DNA of 64,000 bases from assembly GCA_950097015.1 (NCBI GenBank), contig CATNEN010000035.1, positions 62,001 to 126,000 of the forward strand. Reading direction: 5' to 3'. Shown in pieces: positions 44,287 through 56,800 of the stretch. Under the pieces are notes generated by a model that made no database searches, was not told the origin of the DNA, and was given only the letters and a program-made list of their open reading frames with translations. The position numbers were made by a program, and so were the translations under genes. This DNA is from Macrostomum hystrix. Taxonomy: Eukaryota; Animalia; Platyhelminthes. How positions within the stretch are numbered: the stretch's first letter is position 1; each line of letters opens with the position of its first letter.

Positions 44287-45666
44287 ATGATGGACTCGAC
44301 AACCACTGAGATGAGCAGCCTTGGCTTCTGTTTCTATGGCAACGAGACAAACACCAGAGGCGAGCGATGGGCCGCCGGATTGCGCTGGACCCAAGGCGCC
44401 ATGTCAATACTGGGCCTGGCCGGCAACTCGCTGGTGGTGGCAACGCTGGCTCGCCGCCGCTACCAGTCCCGCTTCGCTACCGCCGTGTTCCTGCACCAGA
44501 CCGCGGTAGACCTGTTCGTCTGCGCCTTCACCCTGGTCATCATCCTCAAGCCGGACCAGAATCCCACGGACAATCGCAGCCTGGGATTTCTGCTCTGTCA
44601 CGTGATTAACAGCCAGCTGTTCTATTGGTACTCCGTCTTCGCCAGCGTCCAGAACCTGCTGCTGATCGCCGTGGATCGCTACTGGGCGGTTTTCCGGCCG
44701 GTGCGCTACAAGACGCTCGGTTGGCGGCCCGCCGCCGCCTGCCTGGCCGCACTCCACGCCTACTCATTCCTGGTGAACGCCATCGATGTCTTCTCAGTTG
44801 AGTACAACTCGGCTATCAACCGGTGCAGCAGCGAGATTACTAACGCGGTTTGGAAGCGGGTCTTCAAGGTCTACGGTTTCGTCTGGTTTGGCCTTGTCTA
44901 CCTGGCGCCAGTGACTGGCGTGGTCTGCATGTACGCTGGAATCGTCTGCCGACTGAGCGGCCGCGGCGGCCTCCGTTCAGCCGCCACAGCGGGTCGCTTC
45001 CGGCGAAGAGCTGCCACGGAGTTGACCAAATCGGCCGTCGTGATCACCGGAATATTTATTGTCTGCTTCAGCTACGACTGTGTTTACTATCTGCTGGGCC
45101 ACCTGGACCTGGTGCAGTACGTGTACAACTCGCCAACGCAGCTCATCGGCGTGTTTCTAGTCACACTGAACTCCTGCGCCAATCCTGTTGTCTATTGCAT
45201 TGTGATGCGCTCCTTCCGCGCTCGGATTGTAGCCGCCGTCTGCTGCTGCTGCGCCGGTGGCGTCGGCGGGAACAGCCCCGAAGTTGGCCGCGCTGGAGCC
45301 CGTGACGAGCGAAACGGCCGCGTTAGAAGGCTCGCAGAGGATGAAGGCGGCGCAGTAAGCGGAGGAGCTCGCGGATGCGGCGGCATGGGAACTGACTCTG
45401 ACTCGGTGTCGGAGCGGGGCTATCGCAGGTGCAATCTAGACGACGGAAACTGCGACGAGGACGAATGCGCCGAAGTTCACGATGAGGCAGCGGAGGCGGT
45501 GCCGCAGCCGCAGCAGCTGATTTCTATGTCGTCACCGTCGAGCACCCGGCCAGAGTCGACCGCATCCAGACGACTCCGCCGCGGCCTCAGCGTCGGCTTC
45601 GGCTTCGGCTCTCGATCGCGCCTACTGGAGCCCCCGATAGCCATGAAGGAGCTGAGCTTCCGATGA
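44287..45666 (+). CDS. Class A (rhodopsin-family) GPCR, peptide-receptor-like, intronless, 459 aa
   Basis: Seven hydrophobic spans with GLAGNSLVV (TM1), AVDLFVC (TM2), AVDRY (TM3), an ECL2 Cys and NSCANPVVY (TM7), then a Cys-rich segment after helix 8 and a long Ser/acidic tail. Confidence 0.92.
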   Translation: MMDSTTTEMSSLGFCFYGNETNTRGERWAAGLRWTQGAMSILGLAGNSLVVATLARRRYQSRFATAVFLHQTAVDLFVCAFTLVIILKPDQNPTDNRSLGFLLCHVINSQLFYWYSVFASVQNLLLIAVDRYWAVFRPVRYKTLGWRPAAACLAALHAYSFLVNAIDVFSVEYNSAINRCSSEITNAVWKRVFKVYGFVWFGLVYLAPVTGVVCMYAGIVCRLSGRGGLRSAATAGRFRRRAATELTKSAVVITGIFIVCFSYDCVYYLLGHLDLVQYVYNSPTQLIGVFLVTLNSCANPVVYCIVMRSFRARIVAAVCCCCAGGVGGNSPEVGRAGARDERNGRVRRLAEDEGGAVSGGARGCGGMGTDSDSVSERGYRRCNLDDGNCDEDECAEVHDEAAEAVPQPQQLISMSSPSSTRPESTASRRLRRGLSVGFGFGSRSRLLEPPIAMKELSFR

Positions 45667-46679
45667 CGCCGATGCCTATGACTGTTGTCTAGATGCTGCC
45701 GGCATTCACTTTATAATAGATGGCTCGCTGGTTTTTTCTGCGCACTTTGTTCTCATTGTTGTCTTTCTAGACTCGCACCTCCTGCTTGCCTCGTTCTCCA
45801 CTTTTCACTACTGGCGTCGTGAGTGTTTTTCTTCATCCGTGATTTCAGCCCGGTATAGACTAGAGAACTCTAGTTATGGAATTGACGTGCACCACCAAGT
45901 TATTTTTAGCCAGCCAAAACAAGTCTACGCTCGTAAGCTAGCCATGTTTTTGGTGAGTCGAATTATTTGTTAATCAGGCGAGAAAAATCAATTAGTTTTG
46001 CTGTTCATCGGGTGTAACATGTAATAAAAACTAGCGAAAAAAGTACTAGAGCTCTGCCATGCGAGTCTCTGAAGAGAATAATCATCCTATACAAGGCATT
46101 GGTCAGAAGGCAGATTTCGTTGACGGCTGCGTCAGTCACTGGGTCAGTCAGGCGCGAAAATCTTTAAAAAACATATATTTAAAGAGCTCAACTGACTGAG
46201 CACCGTGACGAGAAAAAAATGAAAATTAAAGCTAGACCTGGAGGCCGCTGAAATAGAAAATAGAAATCAGTTTGGGACAACAATGGGTCGAGCGCTGAAT
46301 TTTAAAAAACGTAACGTTGAGCCTCGGTCAGAAAATTTTGGCCTAGTGCTTCGCAGATGATCAGGCAGCATACCAAACTGTCCCTAAATTTCTCATCTTG
46401 CCTACGTCCGCTTCCCCTTCTATCTATATACTCGTAGTTCAGAGAACCCCTTGAGTCCAATAATGAGCATGCAAATGGGGTCTGGAACGTCACACCCATG
46501 GGAAAGCCGAGCCATCCACTGGTCTGGTCCCGAATGGCCACTTGTTTAAGATGATGGCTCAGAGTGCACTTTGAGAGCAAAAGACAAGATGCTTTTCAAA
46601 GCGACCGCAGTCAGCTTCAACCTGAAATTCTGCCATCGAAAATATTTAAGTGCAACCTTACCTCCCCCCAGCTGCACGT

Positions 46680-47262
46680 ATCTAGCATATTCTGTCAGCT
46701 ATTCAACATATTCTGTCAGCTATCCAACCTATTCTGTCAGCTATCCAGCATATTCTGTCAGCTATCCAACATATTCTGTCAGCTATCCAGCATATTCTGT
46801 CAGCTAACCAACATATTCTGTCAGCTATCCAGCATATTCTGTCAGCTATCTAGCATATTCTGTCAGCTATCCAACATATTCTGTCAGCTATCCAACATAT
46901 TCTGTCAGCTATTCAACCTATTCTGTCAGCTATCCAACATATTCTGTCAGCTATCCAACATTCTGTCAGCTATCCACCATATTCTATCAGCTATCCAACA
47001 TATTCTGTCAGCTATCCAACATATTCTGTCAGCTATCTAGCATATTCTGTCAGCTATCCAACATATTCTGTCAGCTATCCAACATATTCTGTCAGCTATC
47101 CAACCTATTCTGTCAGCTATCTAGCATATTCTGTCAGCTATCCAGCATATTCTGTCAGCTATCCAACATATTCTGTCAGCTATCCAACATATTCTGTCAG
47201 CTATCCAACATATTCTGTCAGCTATCCAGCCTATTCTGTCAGCTATCCAACATATTCTGTCA
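46680..47262. repeat. 21-bp minisatellite (CATATTCTGTCAGCTATCCAA)n
   Basis: About 27 units. Confidence 0.96.
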
Positions 47263-47895
47263 TTAATCCTATTAATCCTGTTAGAAATAGTGGATTTCCT
47301 TTTATTATCTAAAATATTATTCAGCCAATGACTAGCAGAGGCTTGCCGACTAAATCACAACACAAAGGAATCCCCTAGGGAAGCTCACCTGGCTGCGAGC
47401 AGTTGAGCAGTTAAGCAGTAAGGCTGCTGAAGTCTGCTCAAAGCTGCCGACATGCCTGGCCTGCAGCTAGTCTGAAAGTCCTACAAAGGCTTGTCACTTG
47501 CTAAGGAAATGGCACGCTTCATTCCAGGTGTTGTCAGATCGCAATGGAACAGCTCCCCAGCCTTCTGTGTTGTTGCCATGCTGCAGTATTTTATCCAGCT
47601 AAAGCAAAGATTTATTTGCCAAGTGCTGAAATCCCAAAGTGTGTGGGACTTTTCTTTTCTAAATAGGATCGGAACTTTTACATTCTTAGACAACTTAATA
47701 AATCAAGTTGAATCCAGATTTATTGCTGCATGCGATTGCTAACCAGCTAACTAGCATTCGAACTTAAAGACACGAGTGGAATTAAGTCTAAATTTAGTTG
47801 AAGCATTTAGCCACGACAAGCAATGACATTAGTCTAATAGGGATTCATTCGATTGTATAACTTTGGTCAGAAATATTGCAATTTAGCAAACTCAC

Positions 47896-50800
47896 TTCTA
47901 GCTTCTAGCTTCTAGCTTCTAGCTTCTTACTTCTAGCTTCTACGAGCTAGCTTCTAGCTTCTAGCTTCTAGCTTCTTACTTCTAGCTTCTACGAGCTAGC
48001 TTCTAGCTTCTAGCTTCTAGCTTCTTACTTCTAACTTCTACGAGCTAGCTTCTAGCTTCTAGCTTCTAGCTTCTTACTTCTAGCTTCTAGCTTCTAGCTT
48101 CTAGCTTCTTACTTCTAGCTTCTAGCCTCCAGCTTCTAGCTTCTAGCTTGTAGCTTCTAGCTTCTTACTTCTAGCTTCTACGAGCTAGCTTCTAGCTTCT
48201 AGCTTCTAGCTTCTTACTTCTAGCTTCTACGAGCTAGCTTCTAGCTTCTAGCTTCTAGCTTCTTACTTCTAGCTTCTACGAGCTAGCTTCTAGCTTCTAG
48301 CTTCTAGCTTCTACGAGCTAGCTTCTAGCTTCTAGCTTCTAGCTTCTACGAGCTAGCTTCTAGCTTCTAGCTTCTAGCTCCTTACTTCTAGCTTCTACGA
48401 GCTAGCTTCTAGCTTCTAGCTTCTAGCTTCTTACTTCTAGCTTCTACGAGCTAGCTTCTAGCTTCTAGCTTCTAGCTTCTTACTTCTAGCTTCTACGAGC
48501 TAGCTTCTAGCTTCTAGCTTCTAGCTTCTAGCTTCTTACTTCTAGCTTCTAGCTTCTAGCTTCTAGCTTCTTACTTCTAGCTTATAGCCTCCAGCTTCTA
48601 GCTTCTAGCTTGTAGCTTCTAGCTTCTTACTTCTAGCTTCTACGAGCTAGCTTCTAGCTTCTAGCTTCTAGCTTCTTACTTCTAGCTTCTACGAGCTAGC
48701 TTCTAGCTTCTAGCTTCTAGCTTCTACGAGCTAGCTTCTAGCTTCTAGCTTCTAGCTTCTACGAGCTAGCTTCTAGCTTCTAGCTTCTAGCTTCTTACTT
48801 CTAGCTTCTACGAGCTAGCTTCTAGCTTCTAGCTTCTAGCTTCTAGCTTCTTACTTCTAGCTTCTAGCTTCTAGCTTCTTACTTCTAGCTTCTAGCTTCT
48901 AGCTTCTTACTTCTAGCTTCTAGCTTCTAGCTTCTAGCTTCTTACTTCTAGCTTCTACGAGCTAGCTTCTAGCTTCTAGCTTCTTACCTCTAGCTTCTTA
49001 CTTCTAGCTTCTAGCTTCTAGCTTCTTACTTCTAGCTTCTAGCTTCTAGCTTCTTACTTCTAGCTTCTAGCTTCTAGCTTCTAGCTTCTTACTTCTAGCT
49101 TCTAGCTTCTAGCTTCTAGCTTCTAGCTTCTAGCTTCTAGCTTCTAGCTTCTAGATTCTAGCTTCTAGCTTCTGGCTTCTAGCCTCTAGCTTCTAGCTTC
49201 TAGCTTCTAGCTTCTAGCTTCTGGCTTCTAGCCTCTAGCTTCTAGCTTCTAGCTTCTAGCTTCTAGCTTCTTACTTCTAGCTTCTAGCTTCTAGCTTCTT
49301 ACTTCTAGCTTCTAGCTTCTAGCTTCTAGCTTCTTACTTCTAGCTTCTACGAGCTAGCTTCTAGCTTCTAGCTTCTTACCTCTAGCTTCTTACTTCTAGC
49401 TTCTAGCTTCTAGCTTCTTACTTCTAGCTTCTAGCTTCTAGCTTCTGGCTTCTTACTTCTAGCTTCTAGCTTCTAGCTTCTTACTTCTAGCTTCTAGCTT
49501 CTAGCTTCTAGCTTCTTACTTCTAGCTTCTAGCTTCTAGCTTCTTACTTCTAGCTTCTAGCTTCTAGCTTCTAGCTTCTTACTTCTAGCTTCTACGAGCT
49601 AGCTTCTAGCTTCTAGCTTCTTACCTCTAGCTTCTTACTTCTAGCTTCTAGCTTCTAGCTTCTTACTTCTAGCTTCTAGCTTCTAGCTTCTGGCTTCTTA
49701 CTTCTAGCTTCTAGCTTCTAGCTTCTTACTTCTAGCTTCTAGCTTCTAGCTTCTAGCTTCTTACTTCTAGCTTCTACGAGCTAGCTTCTAGCTTCTAGCT
49801 TCTTACCTCTAGCTTCTTACTTCTAGCTTCTAGCTTCTAGCTTCTTACTTCTAGCTTCTAGCTTCTAGCTTCTAGCTTCTTACTTCTAGCTTCTAGCTTC
49901 TAGCTTCTTACTTCTAGCTTCTAGCTTCTAGCTTCTTACTTCTAGCTTCTAGCTTCTAGCTTCTTACTTCTAGCTTCTAGCTTCTAGCTTCTAGCTTCTT
50001 ACTTCTAGCTTCTAGCTTCTAGCTTCTTACTTCTAGCTTCTAGCTTCTAGCTTCTAGCTTCTTACTTCTAGCTTCTACGAGCTAGCTTCTAGCTTCTAGC
50101 TTCTTACCTCTAGCTTCTTACTTCTAGCTTCTAGCTTCTAGCTTCTTACTTCTAGCTTCTAGCTTCTAGCTTCTAGCTTCTTACTTCTAGCTTCTAGCTT
50201 CTAGCTTCTTACTTCTAGCTTCTAGCTTCTAGCTTCTAGCTTCTTACTTCTAGCTTCTTACCTCTAGCTTCTTACTTCTAGCTTCTAGCTTCTAGCTTCT
50301 TACTTCTAGCTTCTAGCTTCTAGCTTCTGGCTTCTTACTTCTAGCTTCTAGCTTCTAGCTTCTTACTTCTAGCTTCTAGCTTCTAGCTTCTTACTTCTAG
50401 CTTCTAGCTTCTAGCTTCTAGCTTCTTACTTCTAGCTTCTAGCTTCTAGCTTCTTACTTCTAGCTTCTAGCTTCTAGCTTCTTACTTCTAGCTTCTAGCT
50501 TCTAGCTTCTTACTTCTAGCTTCTAGCTTCTAGCTTCTAGCTTCTTACTTCTAGCTTCTAGCTTCTAGCTTCTTACTTCTAGCTTCTAGCTTCTAGCTTC
50601 TAGCTTCTTACTTCTAGCTTCTACGAGCTAGCTTCTAGCTTCTAGCTTCTTACCTCTAGCTTCTTACTTCTAGCTTCTAGCTTCTAGCTTCTTACTTCTA
50701 GCTTCTAGCTTCTAGCTTCTAGCTTCTTACTTCTAGCTTCTAGCTTCTAGCTTCTTACTTCTAGCTTCTAGCTTCTAGCTTCTAGCTTCTTACTTCTAGC

Positions 50801-53800
50801 TTCTACGAGCTAGCTTCTAGCTTCTAGCTTCTAGCTTCTAGCTTCTTACTTCTAGCTTCTAGCTTCTAGCTTCTAGCTTCTTACTTCTAGCTTCTAGCTT
50901 CTAGCTTCTTACTTCTAGCTTCTAGCTTCTAGCTTCTAGCTTCTTACTTCTAGCTTCTACGAGCTAGCTTCTAGCTTCTAGCTTCTAGCTTCTAGCTTCT
51001 TAATTCTAGCTTCTAGCTTCTAGCTTCTTACTTCTAGCTTCTAGCTTCTAGCTTCTTACTTCTAGCTTCTAGCTTCTAGCTTCTTACTTCTAGCTTCTAG
51101 CTTCTAGCTTCTAGCTTCTTACTTCTAGCTTCTAGCTTCTAGCTTCTTACTTCTAGCTTCTAGCTTCTAGCTTCTAGCTTCTTACTTCTAGCTTCTACGA
51201 GCTAGCTTCTAGCTTCTAGCTTCTTACCTCTAGCTTCTTACTTCTAGCTTCTAGCTTCTAGCTTCTTACTTCTAGCTTCTAGCTTCTAGCTTCTAGCTTC
51301 TTACTTCTAGCTTCTAGCTTCTAGCTTCTTACTTCTAGCTTCTAGCTTCTAGCTTCTAGCTTCTTACTTCTAGCTTCTAGCTTCTAGCTTCTAGCTTCTT
51401 ACTTCTAGCTTCTAGCTTCTAGCTTCTTACTTCTAGCTTCTAGCTTCTAGCTTCTTACTTCTAGCTTCTAGCTTCTAGCTTCTTACTTCTAGCTTCTAGC
51501 TTCTAGCTTCTAGCTTCTTACTTCTAGCTTCTACGAGCTAGCTTCTAGCTTCTAGCTTCTTACCTCTAGCTTCTTACTTCTAGCTTCTAGCTTCTAGCTT
51601 CTTACTTCTAGCTTCTAGCTTCTAGCTTCTAGCTTCTTACTTCTAGCTTCTAGCTTCTAGCTTCTTACTTCTAGCTTCTAGCTTCTAGCTTCTTACTTCT
51701 AGCTTCTAGCTTCTAGCTTCTTACTTCTAGCTTCTAGCTTCTAGCTTCTAGCTTCTTACTTCTAGCTTCTAGCTTCTAGCTTCTTACTTCTAGCTTCTAG
51801 CTTCTAGCTTCTAGCTTCTTACTTCTAGCTTCTACGAGCTAGCTTCTAGCTTCTAGCTTCTTACCTCTAGCTTCTTACTTCTAGCTTCTAGCTTCTAGCT
51901 TCTTACTTCTAGCTTCTAGCTTCTAGCTTCTAGCTTCTTACTTCTAGCTTCTAGCTTCTAGCTTCTTACTTCTAGCTTCTAGCTTCTAGCTTCTAGCTTC
52001 TTACTTCTAGCTTCTACGAGCTAGCTTCTAGCTTCTAGCTTCTAGCTTCTAGCTTCTTACTTCTAGCTTCTAGCTTCTAGCTTCTAGCTTCTTACTTCTA
52101 GCTTCTAGCTTCTAGCTTCTTACTTCTAGCTTCTAGCTTCTAGCTTCGAGCTTCTTACTTCTAGCTTCTACGAGCTAGCTTCTAGCTTCTAGCTTCTAGC
52201 TTCTAGCTTCTTACTTCTAGCTTCTAGCTTCTAGCTTCTTACTTCTAGCTTCTAGCTTCTAGCTTCTTACTTCTAGCTTCTAGCTTCTAGCTTCTTACTT
52301 CTAGCTTCTAGCTTCTAGCTTCTAGCTTCTTACTTCTAGCTTCTAGCTTCTAGCTTCTTACTTCTAGCTTCTAGCTTCTAGCTTCTAGCTTCTTACTTCT
52401 AGCTTCTACGAGCTAGCTTCTAGCTTCTAGCTTCTTACCTCTAGCTTCTTACTTCTAGCTTCTAGCTTCTAGCTTCTTACTTCTAGCTTCTAGCTTCTAG
52501 CTTCTAGCTTCTTACTTCTAGCTTCTAGCTTCTAGCTTCTTACTTCTAGCTTCTAGCTTCTAGCTTCTAGCTTCTTACTTCTAGCTTCTACGAGCTAGCT
52601 TCTAGCTTCTAGCTTCTTACCTCTAGCTTCTTACTTCTAGCTTCTAGCTTCTAGCTTCTTACTTCTAGCTTCTAGCTTCTAGCTTCTTACTTCTAGCTTC
52701 TAGCTTCTAGCTTCTAGCTTCTAGCTTCTTACTTCTAGCTTCTAGCTTCTAGCTTCTTACTTCTAGCTTCTAGCTTCTAGCTTCTAGCTTCTTACTTCTA
52801 GCTTCTACGAGCTAGCTTCTTACTTCTAGCTTCTAGCTTCTACGAGCTAGCTTCTGGCTTCTAGCCTCTAGCCTCTAGCTTCTAGCTTCTAGCTTCTAGC
52901 TTCTAGCTTCTTACTTCTAGCTTCTAGCTTCTAGTTTCTTCTTACTTCTAGCTTCTAGCTTCTAGCTTCTAGCTTCTTACTTCTAGCTTCTAGCTTCTAG
53001 CTTCTTACTTCTAGCTTCTAGCTTCTAGCTTCTAGCTTCTTACTTCTAGCTTCTAGCTACTAGCTTCTTACTTCTAGCTTCTAGCTTCTAGCTTCTAGCT
53101 TCTTACTTCTAGCTTCTACGAGCTAGCTTCTTACTTCTAGCTTCTAGCTTCTACGAGCTAGCTTCTGGCTTCTAGCCTCTAGCCTCTAGCTTCTAGCTTC
53201 TAGCTTCTAGCTTCTTACTTCTAGCTTCTAGCTTCTAGCTTCTAGCTTCTTACTTCTAGCTTCTACGAGCTAGCTTTTAGCTTCTAGCTTCTAGCTTCTA
53301 GCTTCTTACTTCTAGCTTCTAGCTTCTAGCTTCTAGCTTCTTACTTCTAGCTTCTAGCTTCTAGCTTCTTACTTCTAGCTTCTAGCTTCTAGCTTCTAGC
53401 TTCTTACTTCTAGCTTCTACGAGCTAGCTTCTAGCTTCTAGCTTCTAGCGTCTAGCTTCTTACTTCTAGCTTCTAGCTTCTAGCTTCTTACTTCTAGCTT
53501 CTAGCTTCTAGCTTCTTACTTCTAGCTTCTAGCTTCTAGCTTCTTACTTCTAGCTTCTAGCTTCTAGCTTCTAGCTTCTTACTTCTAGCTTCTAGCTTCT
53601 AGCTTCTTACTTCTAGCTTCTAGCTTCTAGCTTCTAGCTTCTTACTTCTAGCTTCTACGAGCTAGCTTCTAGCTTCTAGCTTCTTACCTCTAGCTTCTTA
53701 CTTCTAGCTTCTAGCTTCTAGCTTCTTACTTCTAGCTTCTAGCTTCTAGCTTCTAGCTTCTTACTTCTAGCTTCTAGCTTCTAGCTTCTTACTTCTAGCT

Positions 53801-56800
53801 TCTAGCTTCTAGCTTCTAGCTTCTTACTTCTAGCTTCTAGCTTCTAGCTTCTAGCTTCTTACTTCTAGCTTCTAGCTTCTAGCTTCTTACTTCTAGCTTC
53901 TGGCTTCTAGCTTCTTACTTCTAGCTTCTAGCTTCTAGCTTCTTACTTCTAGCTTCTAGCTTCTAGCTTCTAGCTTCTTACTTCTAGCTTCTACGAGCTA
54001 GCTTCTAGCTTCTAGCTTCTTACCTCTAGCTTCTTACTTCTAGCTTCTAGCTTCTAGCTTCTTACTTCTAGCTTCTAGCTTCTAGCTTCTAGCTTCTTAC
54101 TTCTAGCTTCTAGCTTCTAGCTTCTTACTTCTAGCTTCTAGCTTCTAGCTTCTTACTTCTAGCTTCTAGCTTCTAGCTTCTTACTTCTAGCTTCTAGCTT
54201 CTAGCTTCTAGCTTCTTACTTCTAGCTTCTAGCTTCTAGCTTCTTACTTCTAGCTTCTAGCTTCTAGCTTCTAGCTTCTTACTTCTAGCTTCTACGAGCT
54301 AGCTTCTAGCTTCTAGCTTCTTACCTCTAGCTTCTTACTTCTAGCTTCTAGCTTCTAGCTTCTTACTTCTAGCTTCTAGCTTCTAGCTTCTAGCTTCTTA
54401 CTTCTAGCTTCTAGCTTCTAGCTTCTTACTTCTAGCTTCTAGCTTCTAGCTTCTAGCTTCTTACTTCTAGCTTCTACGAGCTAGCTTCTAGCTTCTAGCT
54501 TCTAGCTTCTAGCTTCTTACTTCTAGCTTCTAGCTTCTAGCTTCTAGCTTCTTACTTCTAGCTTCTAGCTTCTAGCTTCTTACTTCTAGCTTCTAGCTTC
54601 TAGCTTCTAGCTTCTTACTTCTAGCTTCTACGAGCTAGCTTCTAGCTTCTAGCTTCTAGCTTCTAGCTTCTTACTTCTAGCTTCTAGCTTCTAGCTTCTT
54701 ACTTCTAGCTTCTAGCTTCTAGCTTCTTACTTCTAGCTTCTAGCTTCTAGCTTCTTACTTCTAGCTTCTAGCTTCTAGCTTCTAGCTTCTTACTTCTAGC
54801 TTCTAGCTTCTAGCTTCTTACTTCTAGCTTCTAGCTTCTAGCTTCTAGCTTCTTACTTCTAGCTTCTACGAGCTAGCTTCTAGCTTCTAGCTTCTTACCT
54901 CTAGCTTCTTACTTCTAGCTTCTAGCTTCTAGCTTCTTACTTCTAGCTTCTAGCTTCTAGCTTCTAGCTTCTTACTTCTAGCTTCTAGCTTCTAGCTTCT
55001 TACTTCTAGCTTCTAGCTTCTAGCTTCTAGCTTCTTACTTCTAGCTTCTACGAGCTAGCTTCTAGCTTTCAGCTTCTAGCTTCTAGCTTCTTACTTCTAG
55101 CTTCTAGCTTCTAGCTTCTAGCTTCTTACTTCTAGCTTCTAGCTTCTAGCTTCTTACTTCTAGCTTCTAGCTTCTAGCTTCTAGCTTCTTACTTCTAGCT
55201 TCTAGCTTCTAGCTTCTTACTTCTAGCTTCTAGCTTCTAGCTTCTAGCTTCTTACTTCTAGCTTCTACGAGCTAGCTTCTTACTTCTAGCTTCTAGCTTC
55301 TAGCTTCTAGCTTCTTACTTCTAGCTTCTACGAGCTAGCTTCTTACTTCTAGCTTCTAGCTTCTACGAGCTAGCTTCTGGCTTCTAGCCTCTAGCCTCTA
55401 GCTTCTAGCTTCTAGCTTCTAGCTTCTAGCTTCTTACTTCTAGCTTCTAGCTTCTAGCTTCTTACTTCTAGCTTCTAGCTTCTAGCTTCTAGCTTCTTAC
55501 TTCTAGCTTCTAGCTTCTAGCTTCTTACTTCTAGCTTCTAGCTTCTAGCTTCTAGCTTCTTACTTCTAGCTTCTACGAGCTAGCTTCTTACTTCTAGCTT
55601 CTAGCTTCTACGAGCTAGCTTCTGGCTTCTAGCCTCTAGCCTCTAGCTTCTAGCTTCTAGCTTCTAGCTTCTAGCTTCTTACTTCTAGCTTCTAGCTTCT
55701 AGCTTCTTACTTCTAGCTTCTAGCTTCTAGCTTCTAGCTTCTTATTTCTAGCTTCTACGAGCTAGCTTCTTACTTCTAGCTTCTAGCTTCTACGAGCTAG
55801 CTTCTGGCTTCTAGCCTCTAGCCTCTAGCTTCTAGCTTCTAGCTTCTAGCTTTCAGCTTCTAGCCTCTAGCTTCTAGCTTTCAGCTTCTAGCTTCTAGCT
55901 TCTAGCTTCTAGCTTCTAGCCTCTAGCTTCTAGCTTTCAGCTTCTAGCTTCTAGCTTCTAGCTTCTAGCTTCTAGCCTCTAGCTTCTAGCTTTCAGCTTC
56001 TAGCTTCTAGCTTCTTACTTCTAGCTTCTAGCTTCTAGCTTCTAGCTTCTTACTTCTAGCTTCTACGAGCTAGCTTCTTACTTCTAGCTTCTAGCTTCTA
56101 CGAGCTAGCTTCTGGCTTCTAGCCTCTAGCCTCTAGCTTCTAGCTTCTAGCTTCTAGCTTCTAGCTTCTTACTTCTAGCTTCTAGCTTCTAGCTTCTTAC
56201 TTCTAGCTTCTAGCTTCTAGCTTCTAGCTTCTTACTTCTAGCTTCTAGCTTCTAGCTTCTTACTTCTAGCTTCTAGCTTCTAGCTTCTAGCTTCTTACTT
56301 CTAGCTTCTACGAGCTAGCTTCTTACTTCTAGCTTCTAGCTTCTACGAGCTAGCTTCTGGCTTCTAGCCTCTAGCCTCTAGCTTCTAGCTTCTAGCTTCT
56401 AGCTTTCAGCTTCTAGCCTCTAGCTTCTAGCTTTCAGCTTCTAGCTTCTAGCTTCTAGCTTCTAGCTTCTAGCCTCTAGCTTCTAGCTTCTTACTTCTAG
56501 CTTCTAGCTTCTAGCTTCTAGCTTCTAGCCTCTAGCTTCTAGCTTCTAGCTTCTAGCTTCTAGCCTCTAGCTTCTAGCTTTCAGCTTCTAGCTTCTAGCT
56601 TCTAGCTTCTGGCTTCTAGCCTCTAGCTTCTAGCTTTCAGCTTCTAGCTTCTAGCTTCTAGCTTCTAGCTTCTAGCCTCTAGCTTCTAGCTTTCAGCTTC
56701 TAGCTTCTAGCTTCTTACTTCTAGCTTCTAGCTTCTAGCTTCTAGCTTCTTACTTCTAGCTTCTACGAGCTAGCTTCTTACTTCTAGCTTCTAGCTTCTA

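Noticed and set aside
46302-46580. 92-aa minus-strand ORF
   Set aside because: It has a non-ATG start and no recognisable motif, and I could not link it in phase to neighbouring segments.
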